NCBI GenBank assembly: GCA_036376445.1
Contig: DASVAI010000298.1
Span: forward strand, 1 to 38,657
Direction: 5' to 3'
DNA length: 38,657 nucleotides
Source: Acidobacteriaceae bacterium
GTDB taxonomy: Bacteria; Acidobacteriota; Terriglobia; Terriglobales; Acidobacteriaceae
Within the stretch, counting starts at the first letter, position 1. Every line of letters starts with the position of its first letter. The notes beneath the pieces are model-generated. The model had not been told where the DNA came from. It made no database searches and saw only the letters and a list, made by a program, of their open reading frames with translations. The position numbers and the translations under genes are program-made. Positions 1 through 7,494 of this stretch are shown in pieces.

Positions 1-58
1 GCGCGTTGGCGAGCATGGCGGAGTGGAATGGACGCGTGGTGGAGACAGCTACCTGCAT
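1..58 (-). CDS. 5' end of a gene running off the window (MQVAVSTTRPFHSAMLANA...), possibly a glycosyltransferase
   Basis: ATG at 58-56, 9 nt after the stop of the upstream minus-strand gene, with AAGG before it; frame is open to the window edge. The N-terminus loosely resembles GT4-type starts, but only 19 codons are visible. Confidence 0.35.
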   Translation of the reverse strand, partial: MQVAVSTTRPFHSAMLANA

Positions 59-67
59 GGCTGACCT

Positions 68-712
68 TCATCCTCTTTCAAGCACGAAATGGCTGGCGTG
101 TTCGGAAGTCTTGCGCTCGGTGATCGAAAATCCACGCGCATGCAGGTCGATTCCGTCCAGGAGCCGTTCGCCCTGGCCGAGAAGGACCGGCGACAATGCG
201 AGGTGAATGGAGTCTACGAGTCCGGCTTGCAGGTACTGGCGCACGGTTGAGACGCCGCCTCCGATTTTGACGTCTTTGTCGCCTTCGGCTTTCTTCGCGC
301 GTATCAACGCTTCATCGATTCCGCCGGTTACGAAGTAGAAGGTAGTGCCGCCTTCCATCACGAGAGGCTGGCGTTCGTAGTGGGTCAGGACAAACGTTGG
401 CGCGTGGTACGGCGGATTGTCGCCCCACCATCCTTTCCAGGAATCGTCCGGCCATGGCCCGCGCACAGGCCCGAACATGTTGCGGCCGAGGATGAAGGCG
501 CCGAAATTTTCCATCGCCCGGCGGGCAAATTCATCGTCGAGGTCGACTGATCCAGCTTCACGTCCCTGCATTGCGCAGAAGGTCTTTGTGTGAAAGAACC
601 ACTGGAAGATCTCGGGGCCTCGTTTGCCCAATGGATCATTCAGGCTCTGCTCGATGCCGGCGCTAAAGCCGTCCAGCGAAAGACCGAATCCTGCGACACG
701 AACCTTCGACAT
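68..712 (-). CDS. Dihydrofolate reductase family / RibD C-terminal domain protein
   Basis: Motifs SLDGF, ILGRNMF, PPYHAPTFVLTH, GGGVSTVRQYL and PVLLGQGERL; GAGGAG RBS upstream of ATG 712. Confidence 0.9.
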   Translation of the reverse strand: MSKVRVAGFGLSLDGFSAGIEQSLNDPLGKRGPEIFQWFFHTKTFCAMQGREAGSVDLDDEFARRAMENFGAFILGRNMFGPVRGPWPDDSWKGWWGDNPPYHAPTFVLTHYERQPLVMEGGTTFYFVTGGIDEALIRAKKAEGDKDVKIGGGVSTVRQYLQAGLVDSIHLALSPVLLGQGERLLDGIDLHARGFSITERKTSEHASHFVLERG

Positions 713-890
713 TTCGTTGTTCCTCCTCAAACCTCTGAAGCTTGAGAGAAGTATTTCATTGTCTGTGTTTCGTGACGGTAACCAGCATCGGCGGGTGGGG
801 CTAGATCATTCAGCCTATGGCCGATATTCCTGGAGTGCGTTTAGGATGGCAGGGGCACCAGATCACAATGCAAGATGGGGTAGCAACGGC

Positions 891-3017
891 GTGAAGAAAT
901 CCAGCAGCGGATGGTGGGTAAGCGGTTTCATTAAAAAGGGAACTGTCCTCGGGAGTTCTTTGCTGATACTGGCGATGTGCGTGGGCGTCGGCGCAGCTCG
1001 CGCGCAGGAGCGACCGCCGGCAGTTCCGCTGATTGCGCATGATCCTTACTTCAGCATCTGGTCGATGGACGACAAGCTGACCGACGGGCCGACGCGCCAC
1101 TGGACCGGGAAGGCGCAGCCGCTGGAGGGTCTGATCCGTGTGGACGGCAAGAGCTATCGCTATATGGGCGATCGACCGGAGGAGACGCCGGCGCTCGAGC
1201 AGAAGAGCCTGCAGGTGGCAGCGACGCACACGGTGTACACATTCAGCGGGGCGGGCATTTCGCTGACGCTGACGTTCTTTACGCCGGCATTTCCGCAGGA
1301 CCTTGATTTGTTATCGAGGCCGGTTACGTATCTGACGTGGAAGGTGGCTAGTGAGGACGGCAAGCCCCATGACGTATCGCTGCTGCTGGATGCTAGTCCG
1401 CTGCTGGCGGTGGATGTGGATAACGAAGCCGCGACGTGGGGGCGGCTGCGCACGCCGTCTCTGGACACGATGCAGCTTGGATCGCGGGATCAGCGGGTGC
1501 TGAACCGTTCGGGCGACGATCTGCGCATCGACTGGGGTTATTTCCGGCTTTGTGTGCCGCGGCAGGCGGGCGTGGAGACGGCGATGGTGCCGAATGCGGT
1601 CGGGTCGTTCCTGAAGAACGGAACCTTGCCGGCGAGTGATGACGCCGCGATGCCGCAAACGCCGCGCGACCATGCGGCGCATGCTGCAGTGGTGTTTCCG
1701 CTGGGCAACGTGAGCGGCACGGCGGTGGAGCGGCACGTGCTGCTGAGCTACACCGAGGGCTACGCGATTGAATTGATGGAGCGCAAGCTGCGGCCTTATT
1801 GGCAGCGCAACAACACGCCGATTGCAGAGATGCTGGAGACGGCCGAGCACGAGTACGCGGAGCTGGAGACGCGCGGCGCGAAGTATGACGCGGAACTCCA
1901 GAGCGACCTGGTGAAGGCAGGCGGCGAGGACTACGCGAAGCTGGCGATTCTGACTTACCAGCAGACGCTGGCGGCACACAAGCTGGTGGCGGACTGGGAC
2001 GGCACGCCGTACCTGTTTGCGAAGGAGAACTTCTCGAACGGCGATATTGCAACGGTGGATGTGCTGTATCCGTCGGCGCCGTTCTTTCTGTTCCTCAATC
2101 CGCGGCTGCTGGAAGCGCAGATGGTTCCGGTGATGAACTATGCAGCGTCGTCGCGCTGGAAGTTTCCGTTCGCGCCGCATGATCTGGGGCGGTATCCGCT
2201 GGCGAACGGGCAGGAATATGGCGGCGGGGAACGCACGGAAGAAGATCAGATGCCGGTGGAGGAGAGCGGAAACCTGCTGATCCTGGCGGCGGCGCTGGAC
2301 CGCGCGGAGAGCCCGGATCATCACTATGCTGAGAAGTACTGGCCGCTACTGACGACGTGGGCAAAGTACGTGCGGACCGAAGGGCTGGACCCGGCGAGCC
2401 AGTTGAGTACGGACGATTTCGCGGGGCACCTCGCGCATAACGCGAACCTGTCGATCAAGGCGATCGACGCGCTGGGTGCGTATGCGAGCATGGCCGACGC
2501 GCTGGGCAAGCATGATGTGGCGCGCGACTACGAGCAGGCCGCGAAGGAGATGGCGGCCAAGTGGCAGACGATGGCGAAGGATGGCGATCACTACAAGCTG
2601 GCCTTTGACGTGCGGGGTTCGTGGAGCCAGAAGTACAACCTGGTGTGGGACAAGCTGCTGAAGCTGGATCTGTTTCCGGCGAATGTGCACCAGACGGAGA
2701 TTGCGTTCTACCTGAAGCACCTGAATCGTTATGGACTTCCGCTGGACAGCCGCAAGGATTACACGAAGCTTGACTGGGAGCTGTGGACGGCGACGCTGGC
2801 GGATTCGCAAGATGAGTTCCAGCAGTTCATGACGCCGCTGGTCCGCTGGGTGAACGAGACGCCGAGCCGGGTACCGCTGACGGACTGGTATGACACGAAA
2901 ACCGGCAAGCAGGAAGGCTTTCAGGCGCGGTCGGTGGTGGGCGGGCTGTATGTGAAGGCGTATGCCGACCCGGCGCTGACGAAGAAGTGGCGCGGCATGG
3001 ATGTGCCGGTGAAGTAA
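891..3017 (+). CDS. Secreted GtaA-like 'glutaminase' (DUF4964/DUF5127/DUF4965/DUF1793 type, six-hairpin glycosidase-like)
   Basis: RPPAVPLIAHDPYFSIWS, KENFSNGDIATVDV, FAPHDLGRYP, MPVEESGN, QLSTDDFAG, SWSQKYNLVWD and FQARSVVGG; signal peptide ending ARA-Q. Start is uncertain; GTG 891 chosen over the ORF-track 624, which overlaps the divergent gene. Confidence 0.85.
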   Translation: MKKSSSGWWVSGFIKKGTVLGSSLLILAMCVGVGAARAQERPPAVPLIAHDPYFSIWSMDDKLTDGPTRHWTGKAQPLEGLIRVDGKSYRYMGDRPEETPALEQKSLQVAATHTVYTFSGAGISLTLTFFTPAFPQDLDLLSRPVTYLTWKVASEDGKPHDVSLLLDASPLLAVDVDNEAATWGRLRTPSLDTMQLGSRDQRVLNRSGDDLRIDWGYFRLCVPRQAGVETAMVPNAVGSFLKNGTLPASDDAAMPQTPRDHAAHAAVVFPLGNVSGTAVERHVLLSYTEGYAIELMERKLRPYWQRNNTPIAEMLETAEHEYAELETRGAKYDAELQSDLVKAGGEDYAKLAILTYQQTLAAHKLVADWDGTPYLFAKENFSNGDIATVDVLYPSAPFFLFLNPRLLEAQMVPVMNYAASSRWKFPFAPHDLGRYPLANGQEYGGGERTEEDQMPVEESGNLLILAAALDRAESPDHHYAEKYWPLLTTWAKYVRTEGLDPASQLSTDDFAGHLAHNANLSIKAIDALGAYASMADALGKHDVARDYEQAAKEMAAKWQTMAKDGDHYKLAFDVRGSWSQKYNLVWDKLLKLDLFPANVHQTEIAFYLKHLNRYGLPLDSRKDYTKLDWELWTATLADSQDEFQQFMTPLVRWVNETPSRVPLTDWYDTKTGKQEGFQARSVVGGLYVKAYADPALTKKWRGMDVPVK

Positions 3018-3222
3018 CGCCGCCATTTTTCTCAGAATGATCTGAAACGTTCCCAACGCAGGCGGCACCATGCATCAGAACAGCTTGCTGCGTGGCACGA
3101 CGGTTGCGTTTGCGGAGAACTGCACACTGGCATCTGGCGGTCGTCGCTGGCCGGCAGCGCCGGGCGGATATTGGCTGCCAAACCCTATCCGCCCGGCATA
3201 GGCTGTTCGCCGATTTGAACGG

Positions 3223-3260
3223 CGCGGCTTCGGGGGAATACCGGGGCCGCGATTTTTTAT
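3223..3260 (+). terminator. Rho-independent terminator candidate
   Basis: Stem CGCGGCTTCGG (3223-3233) / CCGGGGCCGCG (3241-3251) with two G-U pairs, followed by ATTTTTTAT. Confidence 0.6.
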
Positions 3261-3699
3261 GCGGCGAGTGATGAATGGAAGGCTTGAGTGCCGTGAATGG
3301 GGCAGAGTCGGGCTGAGTTGTGGCGTACAGAATACCTGTTATCGGACATAGACTCCTAGTCAACGGGCAGCCTTGGGAGGGTCTCGGATGCCCAAAGATT
3401 GGCCGTATCTTTGATTCATCGGCCGGCTTCCGCCTCCCGGAGCCATACAAAGTCCGGATCTTGCTATCTCTGAGGAGCGCTTGCAGGCATTGCCGAAGCT
3501 TGAGTCGCGTCGCTTCGTGCGTGTCTGCGCTAGTGTGATCGAGTTGTTCACGGAGCGGCCGAATCAACGATCCAGGAGCGTATCTACTGACTCGCACATC
3601 TCCTATGAAGCGCATTTGTCTTATCGATCGCGAGTCCTATCTTGACGCGGCGTTCATCTCTCAATTCTTGGCCAGCAGGTCTATATGCGCTCATCGCGG

Positions 3700-4020
3700 C
3701 CTTATTGAACCAGCGGATATATAGATCCACGATTGAGAGCTGGATGGCGGAGGCCGGCTCCTTTGCAGCAACTCAAGAAACCGCTCCGGCCATTTGTCGA
3801 GAAGCCAGGTTGCGGCCTGCAGCATGAGTTCCCTTCTCTACTGATGTCTCTTCGAAGAAAGGAATATCCAGACCGGGTTGGTAACCCGGATCTACTCTCG
3901 GTATCCCGAAGCGTTTCGCGACTACGGCGCGGAGTTCCTCAAGACCTGTGTTCTCGCCATCCAGGGGGTCAATCATGTGGCGTAAAACTTCGAAGTATTC
4001 GCCAGGAGGCTTGCCTCGCT
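3700..4020 (-). pseudogene. tniQ: Degenerate C-terminal fragment of a TniQ/TnsD-family protein
   Basis: One frame reads EYFEVLRHMIDPL...IPFFEETSVE; after a frameshift near 3835 another reads RRELMLQAATWLLDKWPERFLELLQ. The joined FE..(V)ER..L..A.WLL..WP.RF pattern is what I recall for TniQ C-termini. No intact N-terminus; boundaries are approximate. Confidence 0.5.
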
Positions 4021-4314
4021 TCCGTGGTCTCCATCTCACCGCAACACTACACTCAAATTGCAGTAGTGTTAACACGCCTAGCTTAAGCCTATTAGGGATA
4101 CTCCTAGTTGCCGGTCCAAAGAGGTTGGCCTATTTGTTGGGGTAAGTGGGAGATCACCGTGCTCTGGGAATCCTCTTCTGATGGATGATGACGAATCTGC
4201 GATATCACCACCAAAGGAACAATTTGAGGAAGAGCATCTTCAAGGCGAACAACGCCAGCATGAGCCGCGGATGCGGAGAGGCTGTTCGCATCGAAATCGA
4301 TTCGAACGCAGGCC

Positions 4315-4635
4315 AGGCTCGCGGTTTTATTGCAGCAAGGCGGCGACAAGTCGATGATCGACGAATTGTGGGACGACCTGCCGAGAGAGAAGGACAAGGA
4401 ACAGCTTCTGGACAGCTTCAATCAACATGCGAACCTTCTACCTGACGATCGCGGCTACTACACCTTTTCCGGCTCTCTCACCACGCCGCCCTGCACTGAG
4501 AACGTAACCTGGTACGTACCGAAGCACCCGGGCGCTGTTTTCTGCAGCAGAAATCGGAGAATCTCAAAGCTCTACCGCCGCGATGCGGGGCCTGCGCAAC
4601 CGCTCTAGGACGGAGTAGTACAGGAAAGCAAATAG
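4315..4635 (+). pseudogene. Alpha-carbonic anhydrase C-terminal remnant
   Basis: LAVLLQQG...LWDDLP...LLPDDRGYYTFSGSLTTPPCTENVTW matches the alpha-CA GSLTTPPC signature. The N-terminal zinc-binding His motifs are absent, and a premature TAG at 4606-4608 precedes in-frame DGVVQESK* ending 4635. Confidence 0.85.
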
Positions 4636-4687
4636 AACTCCTTTTGCTTCCCCCGAATGGGGTTCGGTCGGATAGGAGAGTGTCCAT

Positions 4688-5254
4688 ATGAAATTCAAGA
4701 CGGTGTCTCTAATGTTGGTGGTTTGTCTTCTCTCGCTGGCGGTTAGCTGCCGAGCGGATAGCAAGGAAGAGAAGCAGGCAAAAATTCGGAAGGCGGTTGA
4801 CCAAACCCTTCAGGACCTATACAAGTTGCAACCTTCAGCCAAGAGCGCGATTCAGAACTCGGCCGGATACGCGGTGTTCAAGAACTTTGGAACCAATGTC
4901 CTGGTTGTGAGCACCGCGAGCGGTTCAGGGATTGCCATTAATTCCAAGACGAAGAACGAGACCTTTATGAAGATGGTGTCTGCAGGAGCCGGCCTCGGAA
5001 TGGGAGTGAAGGACTTCAGAGTGATCTTCGTGTTCGGAACCGAAAAGGCATTCGACCAGTTCCTCAATTCCGGATGGTCAGGCTCCGGCCAGGCGGATGC
5101 GGCAGCCAAGGCAGGGCAGTCCGGAGGCGCCTATTCGGGAGCAGCGGAGGTAGCCCCTGATGTGTGGGTGTACCAAATCACCAAGAATGGCCTAGCCCTG
5201 CAACTGACCCTTCAGGGCACCAAGTACTACAAGAACGACGACCTGAACAAATAG
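4688..5254 (+). CDS. Exported Ysc84/SYLF-like (lipid-binding) domain protein
   Basis: Signal peptide; AGYAVF, GSGIA, SAGAGLGMGVKDFRVIFVF, ADAAAKAG and VYQITKNGLALQLTLQGTKYYK; AGGAG RBS. Confidence 0.75.
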   Translation: MKFKTVSLMLVVCLLSLAVSCRADSKEEKQAKIRKAVDQTLQDLYKLQPSAKSAIQNSAGYAVFKNFGTNVLVVSTASGSGIAINSKTKNETFMKMVSAGAGLGMGVKDFRVIFVFGTEKAFDQFLNSGWSGSGQADAAAKAGQSGGAYSGAAEVAPDVWVYQITKNGLALQLTLQGTKYYKNDDLNK

Positions 5255-5394
5255 CTCACGACAGCCACTCTGCGCCACTGTGCTGGTTAAGATCCAGCCA
5301 GGTAGGGAGGCCGAAATGAACAAAAGAAGCGAGCGGTCCGACTCGCGGGACGGTGTTTACCTCTGGCTCGGAGTGTTCCTAGTTGCACCGACTA

Positions 5395-5412
5395 ACTATC
5401 AATATTGATAGT
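5395..5412. promoter_or_regulatory. Perfect 18-bp palindrome, probable operator of the downstream operon
   Basis: ACTATCAAT|ATTGATAGT, AT-rich in a GC-rich context, about 70 bp upstream of ATG 5485. Confidence 0.6.
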
Positions 5413-5484
5413 GTCTCTCCGCCATCGTGGACTCATAACCTGAGTTGTACAAGCAAAATACTGAATTGACGAGGAGGCAGCGAT

Positions 5485-6045
5485 ATGGCGTTACAGGCGA
5501 CAGACTGGACCAAACCGCAGGCAGTGGCTATCCCCAAAGAGGGATACTTCCAATTCGAACAGGGAAACTCTGGTCCGGTCTTTCCCAAGACGCCCGCATG
5601 TTACGGCTTCACCATCATCGCGAAGCTTAAGCCAGGAAGAGAACCAGCGATGCGCGCCTATGCTGACACAGTCGAGAAAGCCCTACAGGGTGATCCCTCT
5701 TTCCTCGCGCCCCTCAAGCTCCACTACCTGAAATGGGTTCTCTTCGACATCGGCAATGAGAAGTACTTCATGTATCAGGGAATCTTTGACACTGATTTCG
5801 ATAAATACACCGACGATGCCGTTGCTCTATTCACCAAATCCGGCCTGCACACCGCTTTTGAGAACCTTGAAGGCTTTCCCGAAGATTGGAAAACAAACGT
5901 CCCTGCGTTCATCAAGTTCGTGCGCGACCATCACCGTCCCAGCTTCATGGAATACGGCGAGTATCCCTTTGTGACGGCTGACGAGATCAAGAAAGCCCTC
6001 AAGGTGAAAAAGGCTCTAGGGGAAATGCTCGATCAGATGCAATGA
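5485..6045 (+). CDS. Uncharacterised cytoplasmic protein of the type found beside DyP peroxidases (probable ferredoxin-like alpha+beta fold)
   Basis: Strong GAGGAGG RBS, 186 aa. The pattern FTIIAKLKPG...LHYLKWVLF...GIFDTDFDKY...LEGFP...EYPFVT resembles the H-F-A-R-W...D-G...GFP...AYP domain I associate with DyP neighbourhoods. Confidence 0.75.
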   Translation: MALQATDWTKPQAVAIPKEGYFQFEQGNSGPVFPKTPACYGFTIIAKLKPGREPAMRAYADTVEKALQGDPSFLAPLKLHYLKWVLFDIGNEKYFMYQGIFDTDFDKYTDDAVALFTKSGLHTAFENLEGFPEDWKTNVPAFIKFVRDHHRPSFMEYGEYPFVTADEIKKALKVKKALGEMLDQMQ

Positions 6046-6122
6046 GGCCCGGCGGGAGAGAGCTTGCCATGACTGAAACCTACGATCTTATCGCCATCGG
6101 AGCAGGCCCGGCGGGAGAGAGC
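6045..6122 (+). repeat. 19-bp exact direct repeat AGGCCCGGCGGGAGAGAGC (6045-6063 and 6104-6122)
   Basis: Read directly from the sequence; one copy is in the spacer/RBS region and one is in the GAGPAGES codons. Confidence 0.85.
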
Positions 6123-7472
6123 GCCACTGAGCTGGCATCGTTCTTTGGCTACCGTTCAGCGGTGATCGAGAAAGCCCGGCCAGGCGGAACGGTCACGACG
6201 ACCGGTGGTGCTCCAACGAAGACCCTTCGCGAGGCGGCGCTTTACTTTTGGGGGTTCTGTGAAGGCGATGTTTATGGCCTTCGTATGACGGCGCCTCCCG
6301 AGATCGCGACCGACGTCATTCGCAAACGGACGTGGAGTGTTTGCGATCTGCTGCAAAAGGTGACCGCAGAGAATATCGCGAAGAACAACGTGGACTATAT
6401 CCATGGCACGGCACGGCTCGGTCCGGAGGGCACTGTAATCGTGTCCGGCGAGAATGGGAAGGATCGTCAGTTGCACGCTAAGGCGATTTTGATCGCGACT
6501 GGTTCCCGGCCGTTCCGTCCAAACACTATTTCATTCGAGATCCCCGGAGTCTGCGACACAGACACCATTCTGCACCGCGGCCGCGTCCCAAAGGAGATCG
6601 TCATTGTGGGCGGTGGCCCGGTCGGTGTGGAGTTTGCGACTATCTGCCACATGTTGGACGCAAGAGTGACGATCCTCGACTTCGGGACATGCTTGATGCC
6701 CATGATGGACCGGGAAATTTCAGCGTACATGGAAGAGCTATTCCGGAAATGGGACGTTGCGGTCTTGTTTGGCTCGACCGCGGAAAGCATTTCCCAGAAA
6801 GATGATGGATTGCGAGTGAAAGTCTCAACGGGAGAAAGCCTCGTTGCAGACACAGTCCTATTCGCCGCTGGCCGCAGCGCGAACACACACGATCTCGGAC
6901 TTGAGGTCGCAGGAGTAGATCTGGATTCGCGCGGGCGAATCGTTGTGGACGAGAACTTCCATACGTCTGCAGATGGGATCTACGCCGCAGGCGACGTGCT
7001 TGGGCCGACCTTGGCCTCAACCGCGATGGAGCAAGGACGATTGGCTATCTGTCACGCTTTCAGTATCCCATTCCAGGGAACCGTGGATGCGACTCCCGTT
7101 TCGGCGGTTTACGGTATGCCGGAAGCCTCTGGGGCAGGCCTGACGGAGGCGCAGTGCCGTGAAAGAGGACTCGACTACGAAGTTGGCCGCGCAGACCTCG
7201 GCCTCACGCCGCGCGGTGCCATTGCGGGGCGTGGTGGCCTCCTGAAGCTGATTTTTCTGAAAGCCGACCGGAGACTGATCGGCGTTCACTGCATAGGTGA
7301 CATCGCCTCCGAGATCGTTGGCATCGGGCAGATGGTCATCCGCTGCGGCGGAACGATGAATACTATCGCCACCATGTCGATGAACACTCCCACTTACAGT
7401 TATGCCTACAAGTACGCCGCCTTCGATGGCTTGCGTCGCCTTGTTTCAGCCCAAAGAGAGGCGCGTGTCTGA
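6069..7472 (+). CDS. Pyridine nucleotide-disulfide oxidoreductase family flavoprotein, soluble transhydrogenase (SthA)-like
   Basis: FAD motif IGAGPAG, PTKTLREAA, ATGSRP, NAD(P) motif GGGPVGVEFA, IYAAGDV and an SthA-like C-terminus PTYSYAYKYAAFDGLRRL. Start is ATG 6069, or ATG 6042 overlapping the upstream stop. Confidence 0.8.
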   Translation: MTETYDLIAIGAGPAGESATELASFFGYRSAVIEKARPGGTVTTTGGAPTKTLREAALYFWGFCEGDVYGLRMTAPPEIATDVIRKRTWSVCDLLQKVTAENIAKNNVDYIHGTARLGPEGTVIVSGENGKDRQLHAKAILIATGSRPFRPNTISFEIPGVCDTDTILHRGRVPKEIVIVGGGPVGVEFATICHMLDARVTILDFGTCLMPMMDREISAYMEELFRKWDVAVLFGSTAESISQKDDGLRVKVSTGESLVADTVLFAAGRSANTHDLGLEVAGVDLDSRGRIVVDENFHTSADGIYAAGDVLGPTLASTAMEQGRLAICHAFSIPFQGTVDATPVSAVYGMPEASGAGLTEAQCRERGLDYEVGRADLGLTPRGAIAGRGGLLKLIFLKADRRLIGVHCIGDIASEIVGIGQMVIRCGGTMNTIATMSMNTPTYSYAYKYAAFDGLRRLVSAQREARV

Positions 7473-7494
7473 GGGGATCCACGGGAGGTAATTT

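Noticed and set aside
624-890. N-terminal extension of the glutaminase ORF
   Set aside because: Overlaps the divergent DHFR-like gene and precedes the signal peptide. The same reasoning applies to the extended starts at 16067, 17354, 24861 and 24930.
3258-3335. Minus-strand frame ending ...HSSLAA*, resembling a tmRNA tag
   Set aside because: No tRNA-like domain or tag resume sequence is recognisable; probably chance.
2827-3615. 262-aa minus-strand ORF
   Set aside because: Overlaps the glutaminase 3' end and terminator; no recognisable domain.
4043-4075. Short inverted repeats AACACTAC/GTAGTGTT and GTGTTAACAC
   Set aside because: Too short to assign as an IS end or res site; no partner or recombinase seen.
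5396-5411. Similarity of the palindrome half-site CTATCA to tetO
   Set aside because: The spacer is 4 bp rather than 1 and no tet genes are present; kept only as a generic operator.
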